A program made the translations under genes and the position numbers. A stretch of DNA of 64,000 nucleotides, taken from assembly GCA_037447605.1 (NCBI GenBank), contig CM074804.1, positions 4,007,909-4,071,908 on the forward strand, given 5' to 3'. Positions within the stretch are counted from its first letter, which is position 1. The number at the start of each line of letters is the position of its first letter. This document shows, in pieces, positions 51,137-64,000 of this stretch. The notes beneath the pieces are model-generated. The model was given only the letters and a program-made list of their open reading frames with translations. It did no database searches and was not told where the DNA came from. The DNA comes from Zygnema circumcarinatum SAG 698-1b. Taxonomy: Eukaryota; Plantae; Zygnematophyceae.

Positions 51137-54100
51137 GGAAAAAGCTGGCCCACCTTATCCCACCGATAAGAAGCTCGATTCTGCTTCATCCCGTCCGCAT
51201 CTTCTGGCACCAAATCCAATATTTCCGCATCCAGTCTGATCTCTCCTCTCCCCAATCCCCTCTCTCCCCAATCAGACGAACTACTTTCACGACTTTTTGA
51301 ATAACTCACTGGGGATTGAATTGAATTTCGGAGCTGCACTATTCAAGCTCCTTTCTACATTTCAGAGAGTAAGATTCCGTGACTCACGGATTACTTGTGA
51401 AGCCGTCCCTTTTAGCAGATGCTCCGTCTTTCACAGTTAAATTTCGCTCTGCGAACTGTACACCAGGAAAGAAAATGGTTTTAAATAAGTATTTTCGCCA
51501 TCATAGGAATGACCATTTTTATCAAGCATAAAGAACACCAGCTACATCTGCAATTCCAAGCTCTTGCCTTATTTGCACTAGAGAAATAGTGTAGTCAGCT
51601 ATACCCTAAAGCCTTCAAAATGGAAGGATCTGTAATGCAAAGGTAAACTAAATAATATCTGACTCCGCCTAAACTCCAAAAGTGAGCACCTCTTCTCTTT
51701 CTTTAATATGAATGCTTTGTTAGTAAACTTCTCCGCATACAGCACCCCACGCTCACCCTATTTTGCGGAATAGCGCTGATGTAAAACTCGTCATCACGAA
51801 AACTTTTCGTTTTTTTCAGCTGCTGTGATTCATCTGTAAGCGTTAGAGCAAATTCCAAGTCAGACGAAACGAAATAATGTAATATAGCGAGGCTGTTCAC
51901 AAGGAGAGAGGAAAGGAGACAGAAGGGTGAGCGGGAGGGAGAACGGGGGGAGCGAGGAGAGAGACTATAGGACGAGACAGAAGAGGTTTCAGGAGAGGAA
52001 AGCGAAGAGGCAATGAGATAAATATGTAGACAGACAACGAGAAAGTGGGGGAGGAAAGGAGAGAGGAGAGGAATAGGATGGGGAAAAATTGAGCTATAGC
52101 ATTATAGCATGAGAGCAGGATAGAACGCTTCTTCACTCACCAACTCCCGCCGCTTCCTTCCTTTTCCTCTTCTTCTTGATCTCCGCTTTTCCTGGCAAAG
52201 GAACTTCATTGGTCGTCTGTGGCTCGCCAAAGGCTGCATGGTCCTATTCAAGAAACACCCTAAGAATAACCTTAGACTCGTTGATTCCTCCCTCTCTTTC
52301 TCTTGCCCTCTCCCTTCGCTCACTCTTTCACATACACTCTCTCTCTCGCTCCCAAGCCCCCTTCCCTCCACCCGTGTTAAGGCCACAGTCTATATACATA
52401 TTCCAATTTCACGGTCATGTAAGAGACACTAGCAAGGAAAGCTAAAAGCTTTAACCTGAGTGTCCGATCCAAACACGATACACTGATGACTTTCATCCGT
52501 CACATACAATAACCGAAGCTACACATATCACGTTCTCTAAACACCGGAAAACTGTTGAAGGATATCGAACCAGACAAGAGCTTTTGCCTTTTCTTACTTA
52601 TGTGTCGAGAAAGGTTAGCAAAATACCATAGCATCTTCAACCGCCTCTCTATGTGAAGCCCTTTCCTGTGCTTTCCGCTGAGCTGACGCTATGACTTCCG
52701 CGTGCGCCGCTCTCTTTTTTCGCATCACTTCAGTTGCTACGTCTGCTTTCAACTGCATAATTCCCGGGCAGAACCAATCGCTTACAGAAGTTCAGTGCAG
52801 ACGATAGGAGAAGGAAGAAGAGAGGACATTATTAGAAGCCAGTGTAAGTCTTTACTCTCACCCTCTCTCTCTTATTGCAGAAGAGCACCTGCTTATACAC
52901 TCACTGAAATAGGGAGACTGTAGCATCATCCTCTAGTAAACGGCTATGAAGCGCTTCTAAGGACTATCTCTCAGCCCCCCTCCCTTCCTCCCCACCTTGT
53001 TTGATTTCGATTTTGTTGCCTCTGATTCAGCTTCCAGAGCAGTTTGCTTCGGCCTGCATCCAGCCTCACAGCCCCTTTCTTCCTAAGTTCACTTCACAGT
53101 TACCTATAGCGGGAAATTTCTTAGTGCTGGCAGACCCCATAACAGATACACCGAATTTCACAGCATTTGCGTCACAAAAATTGAACCCACCTAAAATTTT
53201 TCAAATGTTCTGCGAAGGCTGCAGCGGCCGCCTCTGTGCTATTGACTTCCGTCCGCAGAAGAGGATGGAGCCCCTCTTTGGGAAGGGTTTTTGCTCTTAA
53301 AACTGATTCTGCAGAAGCAGCTGGGCGCGTTTTTGCATATAATCGAAACGCTCTCATGCATACAGTCAGCACAGTCGCTACTGCGTCATTAGTAACCCCG
53401 AGCTCTCGAACTCGCTCCATTCCAAAGGTTAAAGCAGACTGCGGAAATCGACCATACACCGTCTCACCTCTGCCTACAGCTTCTTCCATTGCAGCCAATA
53501 CTGGATTGTCACCTGATAGGCCTCCGGAAGCTGCTAGAGCCTTCTCAGCAGCCTCAATTTCGTCCTCAGTGGGAGCAGGTCGAAGGGGTCGAGAAAGGAA
53601 GAGATGAAGGTCTAAGAGAAAGGGGAGCTCGTCTGTTGTGAGAAAAGAGAAAGCAGTTCCAAGCCTTCCAGCGCGAGCAGCCCGTCCGACTCGATGAACA
53701 AAGAGTTTCGGTTTAGGAGGGAAGTCGTAGTTCACTACATTATCTAATAGGGGGATATCAATTCCTCTAGCGGCAACATCTGTCACAATGAGGAGAAATG
53801 TTTTCCGTGCCCGAAACTTCGCTATGTGAATTTTCCGGGCAGTTTGGTCCATGGCTCCGTAGACCACTGACGGAACGATTCCCTCTGCTCGTAAAATTTC
53901 ATGAAGGTATTCAACATGGTGTTTTGTCGACACGAAAACAATAGTTTGTTGTCCAGCTGGAATCATTTCTCTCAGTAAATGCAGTAATGCAGCTGGCCTC
54001 TCTTCATGCCGCATCGTGAAGAATGCTAACTTGAGATCAGGACTGATTTTTGTATCTGTGTCTAACCTAACTAGCTGCGGATCCTTCAAACCCGCTCGAG

Positions 54101-55519
54101 CGAATTCTGCCAAAAGCTTCGGAAGTGTTGCACTAAACAAAAGAGTCTGCCTAGTTTCAGTCATATGATGAAGAATTTGGCGTAACTGCTCCGCAAAACC
54201 CATCTCGAAAAGCCTATCTGCTTCATCAAAGACCACGTATTCTACACTCTTCAACGACATGCCCTCTACCTCTGAAAGATGGTGCATCAGCCTGCCAGGT
54301 GTCGCGATAAGAATGTCCGGATTCTTGGTCAGTTCTTCAAACTGAGCCTCCATGGAATCCCCTCCTACCAAATGTACCACTCGGAGGTCGGTATATCTGC
54401 CAAGCTCCTGACAGAATTTGAATGTCTGTAGAGCCAACTCTCTGCGAAACGATCACAAAACCACAAATCGAAGCCATATGAGAAAGAGCGGAAGAAGAGA
54501 GAGAGAGGGGATGTGGAAGTGTGAATTTCCTATTATTGCAAAAATCACCTTTCTGATGGAACTGAAGTGAAGAAAAGCACGCAAGTTTGAGAATGAGAGC
54601 AACGAGTCTCCATTCCAAACCACTCGGTTGAGCTTGAAGATTGGACTGCGGTCATGTTTTTTGAAACTGATTGATCAATTATTTTCTTTAAACTATATTA
54701 TCGCCTCGCCTACATTTACATTCCGTAATTGCTAGTAATTCCATGCATCTGCCCCATGAAAGCTGTCAACAGGGCAGTACATTTCGAGCACTCCTATTCC
54801 TATAAATGATGAAAAAAAACTCTTCCCAAGAATAAAAAGCCAACCAGGAAAAGGGATTTTTTAATTTTGAGCTCTCCCAAGCCTTGACCTCAACATGATA
54901 TCATAAACAAGACAATCAAGAAACTCCTAATCTAACAGCCTTAAAAACCCTAAAATCTTCCACAAATTATCGCAGAACCTCCTCAAATTCTGCATGCAGC
55001 TATGACCCTCCAACTTCCTAACTCGCCGAAGAACCGGCAACCCTACTCTCCAAAAACCTCAAAGAATCAAAACCCAAAACCCGAACCCAAAACGTTAAGA
55101 ACGCTTCTGTCAGCATACCTTGTCGGCGAAAGCACTACCGCCCGAGCTCCTGCTCTTGCAGAATGAGCCGTCAGCCTCTCCAACATGGGAATAAGAAAAG
55201 CTGCTGTCTTTCCTGACCCTGTTCTAGCCATGGCTACCACATCATGGCCTGCAAGAATGAGGGGAAGAGTCTTTCTCTGAATCGGAGTAGGGACCTGATA
55301 GCCCTTCCTCTTCACAGCCCTAAAAATGGGCAAAGTGAGCCCTAAAGTTTCAAACCCGCCGCTGCCCTTTTTCTTCTTCTCTGATTTCTTCTCTCTCCTC
55401 TGCACAAATGAGGATGTCTCTCCCTTTTCGGTGAAATCCATCACTCCCGCAAGGGGGAAGCCGCCTCTCTGTAGCGCCTCCTCTTCCCCCTCCTCCTCCT
55501 CTCCCTCCTCCTGCCGCAT
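49124..55519 (-). CDS. DDX54: DEAD-box RNA helicase DDX54/Dbp10 (plant RH29), 11 exons, about 890 aa. Exons: 55119-55519, 53191-54441, 52996-53053, 52627-52752, 52141-52243, 51757-51833, 51388-51455, 51154-51235, 50496-50552, 50146-50269, 49124-49449
   Basis: [15 protein letters not shown] motif [51 protein letters not shown]; DBP10 C-terminal features [28 protein letters not shown]; RGG tail. An in-frame ATG at 55549 is an alternative start. Confidence 0.94.
49202..49211. other. 10-N gap inside the DDX54 RGG-coding tail
   Basis: N run within a (CCT/CCC)-rich tract. Confidence 0.97.
49835..50090. repeat. Polypurine GAGAGG/GAGAGAGG minisatellite in a DDX54 intron
   Basis: About 250 bp consisting almost entirely of G and A. 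Confidence 0.92.
51060..51134. repeat. (CT)n microsatellite in a DDX54 intron
   Basis: About 37 perfect CT units. Confidence 0.97.
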
Positions 55520-55555
55520 GTCCTCCGTTTCATGGTTAGAGAGGATCATCCTCAG

Positions 55556-55597
55556 AGTTAGGATTAGGGTTAGGGTTAGGGTTAGAGTTAGGGTTAG
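55556..55597. repeat. (TTAGGG)n telomere-type array just upstream of the DDX54 start
   Basis: agttaggattagggttagggttagggttagagttagggttag; further copies at about 55790-55799 and 55838-55847. Confidence 0.85.
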
Positions 55598-56163
55598 TGT
55601 TTCGGGCTATTCGCGGCTGTCAGAGCCAGAGCTCCGGGGAACGGAGGGACGCAATTACGACACCTTTTGCGAAGAAGAAAGCACCGAAGAGAAGGACATG
55701 CGCGATGAGACCAAGACCTTCACTGACTTATTCCACAAAGAGAGCAAAAAGTTTACAGTCTCAGCGTTTTACTAGCGCCCACAGCTCGATTAGGGTTTGC
55801 TCTGAAGCCCTCTGAAGCTGCCCATAGTCCTTAAGCCCTTAACCCTAACTCCCGCGGGCTGCAAGCCCAAGGACACCTCTGCACCGTTGGATGATGGCAA
55901 GCGGACGTTTGTGCGCCGTCGATTCAGCCATGAGGATGTGCCACATTCTGGATCCACTTGAAGATCAACCTCATCGGCCTACCAATCACAGGCAACCAAT
56001 CTACAGTTATTCCTCGGTCGTATCGGAGTGGATCTCCCACCCCAATCCGGCTCTCCCCCGGCCCGCCCTCGCCGGAGCTCGGCGCGGGAGAGCGCTGGAA
56101 GCCATAGCGCAGAGCAGCGCAGAGCAGAGCCTCCTGCAGTTGCAGCAATCACAGGTGACAAAA

Positions 56164-56191
56164 TTTAGGGTTTAGGGTTTGGGGTTTGGGG
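56164..56191. repeat. (TTTAGGG)2(TTTGGGG)2 telo-box array in the HDR 5' region
   Basis: tttagggtttagggtttggggtttgggg, 37 nt before the HDR ATG. Confidence 0.8.
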
Positions 56192-56228
56192 TGTAAGGTG
56201 CTCCTCTGTGTTTGAGCTCGCGGCCGCC

Positions 56229-59200
56229 ATGTCTGCCGTGCAGTGCTCTGCCTCTCTGTATGCAGCCTCTCTCTCTGCAGCAGCAGGGAGGGATGCTGTG
56301 GCGGAGGGTAGAGCTCTCCATTCCTGCTCTGGTTTGAAGGGGAAACTTTCCTTGAAGAAGCAGAGGGGGAAAGAGAGGGAGAAGGAGAGAGAGGGGCGGA
56401 GGAGAGGGAGGCATTTTGTAGCGGCTGCAGCAGATGGTGAAGTGGCGGGGAATGTGGAGCAGTTTAATGCAAGGGCGTTTCGGAGAGCGCTGAACCAAAA
56501 TGAGCTGTACAATCGCAACGGATTCGGCCACAAGAAGGAAATGCTGGCGAAGCTTAATGAGGAGTATACTAGTGAGTTTTGGATGATGCAACCTGTTTTT
56601 TTGACTCCCTCAATAGTGCTAGGGTTTCTGGATGATTCAAGGCTTTTGGGGCTTCAAATTTTTGAACAGTCATGCAGAATGTAGTGGCGCTGATTTTTTG
56701 AAAGTTCGTCTCAGGAGGCCTGCTGCGGTATTGGTGCGCCTGGCTCCGTCTTTGCGTGTTATAGAAAGGTTAATCTGAACGAATTTTCACAAAACAATAC
56801 AGTTCTTCGTTAAGAAGCTCATCTAAACGGTTGAAGCAATCCTCTGACTGTTAGTCAGAAAGGTCTTTCATCGAACTCAGAACACTCGAACTAGTGTGTT
56901 TCACTTTGTTTTCTATGATTTGAACTCTTTGTAAGGGCAATACACATCCGTTAGAGTTAATTCTCTATGTGATTATGCTGTCAGGGTAGTACTGTTGAGC
57001 GAGATGGCATGTATGGCAATCTCTATCAGTTCATCTCACCCGGACCATTTTCAATCAAATGATGAAAGGATATACATCGTACGGTTCACCTTTGTAAAGC
57101 CAAAGGCGATAGAATAATATTGGACTTTTTCAACTGAATGAAAACACGACGGATTGTATATATTTTGCACTCGTGCCCTGACCCAAATATCCACTTCAAT
57201 GTGTCAATGGCTAACCAGGGTTATCGTTGTAATGTGGTGGATTATTCAGGTGACGTTATCAAGCAATTGAGGGAGAACAATTTCAAGTTTACATGGGGCG
57301 ACGTGACAGTTCTATTGGCAGAGTCCTATGGGTTCTGCTGGGGAGTAGAGAGAGCTGTTCAGATGGCGTATGAGGCTCGGAAGCAGTTTCCCGACCAGAA
57401 GATGTGGATAACTAATGAGATTATTCATAATCCCACCGTCAATAAGGTATTTCCGATTCTTCAGTTCAAGGATGTCCTTTCATATTTGAAAATGTCGGTG
57501 TAGTCACGGTGTCTTTGTACGAATCTGTGATTCTCCCCTCTTTCTTTTTTTCATTTTCTGTCTCACTCTCTCCCCCTCCCATCTCGCCCTCTCCCCCCCC
57601 GCTTCTCCAGGCATGCACCTGTCTTTCTGCCTGAATGTTTTGAACTCGGATATTGACATTGATATACTCCATTACACACAGAGGCTGGAAGAGATGGATA
57701 TCGGATTCATTGAGGCGGATCCTGTGAAGGGGAAAGACTTCGATGTGGTGGGTCCACAAGATGTGGTGGTGCTGCCAGCATTTGGAGCGTCAGTGCAGGA
57801 GATGCAGCTTCTGACTGACAAGAAAGTACAGATGGTGGATACCACATGTCCTTGGGTCTCAAAGGTATGTCATGTGCTAGCACATTAAACATTCTCTGCG
57901 CTTTTGTTTGAAAGCGATCCCAATGGAAGAAACAGGGCTTAGACGAGCTGTCATGTAGTTTTGAGTAATTTTCCCTTTATGGTCACTCATGGACTGGATG
58001 TAATGAGGAGATGAGCAGGTTTGGGATTCTGTGGAGAAGTATCGAAGGAATGACCATACCGCTGTGATCCACGGCAAGTATGATCACGAAGAGACCATTG
58101 CCACCGCATCATTTGCATCGACGTACATTATTGTAAAGAACATGAAGGAGGTGAGTCTGCTTGAAAGATCAGCAACATTTGCAGATAGTGGGAAGGATGC
58201 TTTTTTTTCACTTCCTTTGTATGACAAAGTTTCTCGTCTCAAGGACGTCTTTAGCCTTTATTCATTAGTATTAGTGATTATCAGTGCTGCATGCTCATTT
58301 CATCTCAAGGACTTTTACCATGCAGGCCGTGTATATGTGTGATTACATTTTGGGAGGAAAGCTTGATGGTTCCAGCGGCACAAGGGAGGAGTTTTTGGAG
58401 GTATTCTCGCTGACCCACTTGCCAACATTTCTAATAAGAGAAAAAGCTCAGTTTAATATGAAAAGCCTATGACCACCAAGGAGTTATGTGGCCGAGGATG
58501 TGGGCTAAGTTCATCATAATTTTTAGATTTCCTTTTTAATTAAAAGTCTTTCTGTCGCTATGCCTTTCAGTCTGCTCTTTAGAAGTTTCAAAAGAGGGAA
58601 GACATGAATGAAGTCGTTCCTTCTGATATGAATGTATGTGCGAGTTAGGCCGGGTGTAGCTAGACTCAGTGTGGCTGAATTGGTTCACTCATGGAAACGG
58701 GCACAGAAATTTAAGAAGGCAATTTCAAAAGGTTTTGACCCCGATAAGGACTTGGAAGCTTTGGGCATCGCCAATCAAACCACGATGTTGAAGGGCGAGA
58801 CGGAGGAAATCGGTAGGCTCTTCCAACCAGTAGTTCTCTCCTCGCCCTTCACGCTCCCTCACTCTCGCCCAATCTCTCACTCTCACTCTCGCCACCCTCT
58901 TCCGCCCCCCTCACCCCTTCACTTCTCTCTCTCTCTCTCTCCCTCTCTTTCGCTCTCTCTCTCTCTCTCCCCCCTCTTTCTCTCGTCTCTATATCTCTCG
59001 TACTTCTCACTCATATGCAAACATAGGTCAGAAGAAATTACTGAGCTTGTGCTGTGGAGTCGCACATGTGCAGGGAAACTTCTAGAACGAACCATGATGC
59101 AAAAGCATGGTGTGACTGAAGTAAATTCCCATTTCATGAGTATGAACACTATCTGCGATGCCACACAGGTAGCAACTCCATCTCTCCCTCTCACTCTCTC

Positions 59201-60411
59201 CCCACCGCTCTCTCCCACTCCTTTCTCCCCTTCTTTTCCCCCCCTCTCGCGTTTGTTTTTCCTCGCTCCCTCCTTTCAGTCTCTACCCCCCTCTCTCCTT
59301 TAGGGCAATTTCACCTGCTTCCTGAGGTTCTCTAGAACTAGAGTGTATGACGGAAAAAACTGTGGCTGCTTTGTTTCTAGAATGAAACACCCTGCTGTAA
59401 ACATCCCAGAACCTCTTGATGCTCTATGTAAGTCGAGGAATGACACAGGAGGCAGGGATGCACGGAATGGAATTGCCTTGCCTGTCTGCAGGAGAGGCAG
59501 GACGCCATGTACTCTCTGGTGAATAATGATGTGGACCTGCTGCTGGTAGTGGGAGGATGGAACTCCTCCAACACCTCCCATCTGCAGGAAATTGCAGAGG
59601 AGAAGGGCATCCCCTCCTACTGGATCGATTCCGTAGACAGAATTGGACCAGGGAACTTCATTGCCCATAAGCTCTCGGTACGAACTTGGTTCTGAGAGAG
59701 GTGTGCTTGGGCAGAATTTGCAGAAGCTTGTTGCTCCTCCTTCCTCTCCCTTCGCGCCTATTCCTTGCCTTTTCCATCTACCGTTTGATAGAGTCGAGAC
59801 GAAGCCTTCATGCTGTGTTTTTTTGTGGTGCTGGATAACAGTACGGAGAACTAGTGGAGAAGGAGAATTGGCTTCCGGAAGGTCCCATCACCATTGGGGT
59901 GACTTCTGGGGCGTCTACACCAGACAAAGTAAGTGTTCACCAGAAAGAGTTGGAGGCAAAGTGATTCATTGGTCGGAAGGGGATTTTTCTTCGAAGAACG
60001 AAAGTTGGGACTTATTTGCAAAGGATGAAGATGCGACTTTGTTCCGAGTTGATGAATCACTCAAATCTACTGCCATCCTTTGCGTCTCCGTTGTTTTATC
60101 ACTTTCCCCTTACACCCTTTTCCCTCCCTCCTTCCCCCTTACCCTTGTTTTCTCACTCATTCCCACCTTCCCCCTTCCTCCCTCTCCGTCACTCTTGCCT
60201 ATCCTTCTCCTACCCTCTCTCTTCCTCCCTCCCATCCTTTATCCCTCCCCCTCCCCCTCCCTCTAGATGCACTGTGTTCCGTATTCAAAAGACCATATCG
60301 CTGTAGCATTGACAGGTGCTCTCCTCGCACATTTCTCTGCAGGTTGTGGAAGATGTATTGAATGCAGTCTTCCTCATCAAGCGAGAAACGGCAGCACAAG
60401 TGGTTGCGTAA
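56229..60411 (+). CDS. ispH: 4-hydroxy-3-methylbut-2-enyl diphosphate reductase (HDR/IspH/LytB), plastid-targeted, 10 exons, 490 aa. Exons: 56229-56571, 57250-57446, 57682-57864, 58019-58150, 58326-58400, 58707-58812, 59074-59168, 59492-59677, 59842-59928, 60343-60411
   Basis: Three Fe-S cysteines ([27 protein letters not shown]), [28 protein letters not shown], the plant/cyanobacterial N-terminal domain FRRAL...YNRNGFGHK, and a transit-peptide-like N-terminus. Confidence 0.96.
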
Positions 60412-61130
60412 GTGCACTTCCATTGTGTAACAAGTCTCACCAACCTAACTCAAGCTGGGCTATGGCTCGCCACGGCTTACCTCCAAGCGTCTTATATTTT
60501 ATGCACTTTTTCTTTTTAGCAACATCATCTTGAGGATGAGGGTTCCACCACCTGCTTATTGTCTTCGTTTGTTATAAAACCCTTAGCCTGGACGATGATT
60601 AGGGGTTGTAGCCGTGTATATTTTCTCTCACGTCTTCCATTTTGAAGCGATGTTTGGCTTGCTAGGAGTTTTGTGTGTATGCTTCAGTTAACGTAGTTTG
60701 AGTGGACGGATGCTTCGCTGACTGGAGACGAGAAATCCAAAAATTGTAACTGCGTGAAGTTGAAGTGCCTACAGTGTATTGTGTGTGTCAACTTATGCCA
60801 GCTTCCGTTTCTAATTCTATGGCAAGAACTGAGGGAGGAATGGTGGGAAGGGGAGAGATAGGGGGAGTGGTGAGCGGGGCACCTCCACCCCTGGAATTGT
60901 GCGTCCACGGTGGAGGCAGGAAGGTGGATAGTGGATGCCACATGACAGGAAGTGGTGCGTTCAGACTGAGCATCAACGTGCAAATGCGTCGCAACTTCGT
61001 AGTCTTCTCGAAGTATGTTGTTCGACAACTTCTCACCACGTTGGTGAACACAATATTTCGTTCCGACTAAGCACGGTGATGTGACTGCGCATCTTTTGTA
61101 CGTGTCACTCGAGTCCATGGTAGTTAGAGC

Positions 61131-61352
61131 ACTAGAGCACAAGAGCTCAAGAGCACAAGAGCACAAGAGCACAAGAGCACAAGAGCACAAGAGCTCGCAG
61201 CAGCAGCAGCAGCAGGAGGGCGGCAAGAGCGAGCCCGCACAGCACAGCACTCCTTGAGAAAGAAGGTCGCTCGCCCTCGGGCGCTGAGCCGCCCCCTCGC
61301 GCGTCGCGGCTGGCCCCGAACTGAACTGAACTGAACTGAACTGAACTGAACT
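61131..61352. repeat. Short tandem repeats upstream of NEMP: (GAGCACAA)n at about 61135-61192, (CAG)n at 61198-61215, (CTGAA)n at about 61318-61352
   Basis: Directly visible tandem units without unique spacers. Confidence 0.9.
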
Positions 61353-61749
61353 GGAACTTAATGGCACTGAACTGGGCTGCGCTTAACTGAACTGGACTGG
61401 ATGCCCGAGCACGGTAATGGTACGGCGCTGCCAGAGAATTTCGATGCCTGTTGAAGGGTTCAACAGCTGCCCGACCGTCCACTTGGGCAGCGCCACGCAA
61501 CATAGAACTCGCTCCATCCTCAGTTGAACAAGTGCATAGATCGAGGCCGTACGGTACTCGGGGGGAGGGGGGGGGGGCGCTTGCGCCTTGTCCAAGAGAG
61601 AGCCCCCCGAGTGGCAGCGCCAGCGCTGGAGCTGGAGCAGGAGCTGGAGGTGGAGGTGTTGCTGCTGCAGGGCCGCTCACTCGCTTGCTGCAAGAGAAGG
61701 GAGTACCGTATCTCGAGCGCGGAGGTTCTGGCAGAGCGGAGGGACATTC

Positions 61750-63654
61750 ATGGCGGCGCCCTCGGGAGCTGCTGCTTATTTCTTCTTCTTTCTTCTCTTT
61801 TGTTTCCATGGAGCGACTTGCAGTAATTTAGCAGCTGGAATGGCGACATTGGATGAGGCGCCTTGCAAGACAGGTAAGCTCCTGCTGCACTCCCTCTGCC
61901 AGTAATTCTAAAACCGTTATTCTGAAATTGTTTTTTTCCAGCACCGGCTCAAAATGGTTCAGCAAACCCGCTCCACGTCGTAGTCATACTACTTCTGTTA
62001 GTGTTTCCAACATTTCTTAAAATATTACCTTAGAACTTTATTAGGAAGTAGCAGAACGTATGAAGTTGTCTATCCATTTATTATATTGATTGTATCCCTT
62101 ACTTTTTACTTGTGCAATAGGGTTTTTAACTTTTGTGCATTTAAATTTCAATCTCCCTCTTATTTTTCACGTCTATTTTTTCAGACGAGTTTGAGTTGGA
62201 TCCTCTACTCTCAATTTTTGAAGCAAGTTACGTTCAAAGCGAGCAAGATGCTGGGATGTGGAAGGTCGTTCGCTTGTCCTTTCCCAAAATCTTCCGGCTC
62301 AAGAATATGCACAAGCATTTCCATGTTGGCAAGGCGCTTGTGGCGTTGAGAAAGGTCAAGAAGAGCTCCCTCGGAAATTTTTTGCCCTCGAAGCACCCTG
62401 ACGTACAGCTGTGCCTGCACAGGTGAGCTACGTTTGTGTTGGAATATGTGCATTTAAATTACTATTTCGCTGTAATATGGATTCAGTGTGTAACGTCAAT
62501 GATGTCGACGACGTTCACTTAAACTCCTGACATCATTAATAGAACTTGATAGTTTCTGGAAGATATTTGTTCGACTTTTTTGGAAGGCTTTTACAATAGC
62601 TCTAGTTGGAACAGTAACTTTAATCAGAATCATAATTTTGATCCTGTTGGGTATTTCAAATTTGAATAAATCTAACCGCATTTATGTTGTCATACTAATT
62701 GGCACTAACTTCATCCTGGACTTGCTGTGGTGTATTTCAGGGATGCAAACACCAACTTGGGTGTTTGCCCTCAAGGTTGGTTGGCCTTAGATAAGAAAGG
62801 AACACGCAATTTGTCTATGTCTTTATTCGATGAGAACTACTTGGACATCAGATCGCCATCAAATGGAGACCTGCTGGATCAGACCATTCACGTCGAGATG
62901 ACGGAAGGTGTGTTTCTGAATTTCAATGGAAGAAGAAAGAGTGATTTCTTAAAGCATTTTCGAATGTAAATTTTTGGAAGGCAGGCAGTTTGAAACGTTT
63001 TACTGCTATAGAAAACGTGTCAACTCATTGTGTTTGGTTGAATTAGGAACACAAGTATTTGCTGAGATTGCAAGTGCTTGGAGTGGCTGAAGAAAAATTG
63101 CATTTTGTGTTTGTTGTTGCATTGTCATAAACCAGGACAGGGTCCAATATAAGACCAATGTTGACCAACAATGTTGTCCAATGTCAACGGACAATTTCAA
63201 CAGAGCTGTCTGCTTGACATTGTCAGCATACATCATGATTAAGTTTATCCTTTGCTTGAAAGCTTTTCTATTCTAACCTTAACATGATTCCAATCACGGG
63301 TTGAAAACTGGTGTTTCACAGAATTTCAACTGTTCCGTGTATTTTTCTTCGTGACTGGTTTCGCCATGTTCATTATGGCGCCTTTTCTCAGTCAATGGTT
63401 GTTCTTTTACTACGGCAGTGGGATGCTACTTGGAGTACTCCTCATTTTGATCGTTATAATTTATCAGGTATTGGCAATCACTTCAATTCAAAGAGTTCCC
63501 TTTCTCTACCTCTTTCCTGTGGTCTATGGTCAGTAATATGAACATGGAAAATCTGTCGTCTTGATAATGACTACGGGGTTGTTCTTAACAGACCGTACGA
63601 CTACTACCGACTGGTCGGAAGGGGACATGGTACATCATCTTCTTTGGTTCACTA
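61750..63654 (+). CDS. NEMP: NEMP/TMEM194-family inner nuclear membrane protein, 3'-partial. Exons: 61750-61873, 62185-62422, 62741-62907, 63322-63467, 63592-63654; continues beyond the window
   Basis: Signal-peptide-like N-terminus; VQLCLHRD..LGVC..W......MSLFD..YLDIR; transmembrane region MAPFLSQWLFFYYGSGMLLGVLLILIVIIYQ...LLPTGRK, matching plant NEMP proteins as recalled. Confidence 0.8.
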
Positions 63655-64000
63655 GTGAGTATGCTTTCCAAGCCATTGCGCATACTCAACAGATTCGTCT
63701 CTGTGCTTCCTCCGGCTTCGCTCTTTCTCTCTTCCCCCCCCCTCTCTACCACCCGTTCCTGATTCCTCTCTCATTTCTTGTATACTCTTCCTCTTTCACT
63801 CCCTCCTTTGGAGTCCTTAAACACCTATTGGCTAGTTGATTCCCCTTCGCAGCCGTGCCCGCAAGGGAGGCCTCCCAGACCTCTCCCTCCGCTTGCATTC
63901 GGGCATACTATTTTTCACTACCATTTGTTCCTTTCCCTGGACCCTTTCTCACAAACCCCCTCTGCTGTCTATTTCTGACCCTTTCTCCCTTAGTCTCCTT

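Noticed and set aside
61131-61352. Regularly repeated units that could be mistaken for a CRISPR array
   Set aside because: 5-8 bp tandem units with no unique spacers, in a eukaryotic context with no cas genes.

Overview
Gene-dense, intron-rich nuclear DNA from a green plant. The lineage is probably a non-angiosperm streptophyte such as a charophyte alga; this is inferred from plant-type HDR, VPS35, FBL and NEMP genes, short introns and microsatellite-rich introns, and is not proven. I built the spliced gene models by hand from splice signals and family motifs. In order: midasin MDN1 (+, 5'-partial, interrupted by a 100-N gap), VPS35 (-), an uncharacterised protein with a C-terminal TFIIS-central-like domain (+), an F-box/LRR protein (-), RUVBL2 (-), a PhoD-like phosphatase with altered metal ligands (+), RSL1D1 (-), a Gly-rich conserved plant protein (+), DDX54/Dbp10 (-), HDR/IspH (+) and a NEMP-family protein (+, 3'-partial). 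No CRISPR array, rRNA or autonomous transposon was seen. The most notable observations are: (1) a tRNA-like cloverleaf with a non-canonical anticodon arm inside a GC-AG intron of MDN1; (2) four ribosome-biogenesis genes within 56 kb; (3) almost strictly alternating gene orientation, with short head-to-head promoters carrying telomere-type (CCCTAA/TTAGGG) arrays and dense GTAC (SBP-box-type) clusters; (4) two unexplained promoter-like islands exactly where the alternation breaks; (5) a PhoD homologue lacking its Cys and His ligands; (6) four GC-AG introns. All protein family calls rest on recalled motifs, not database searches.
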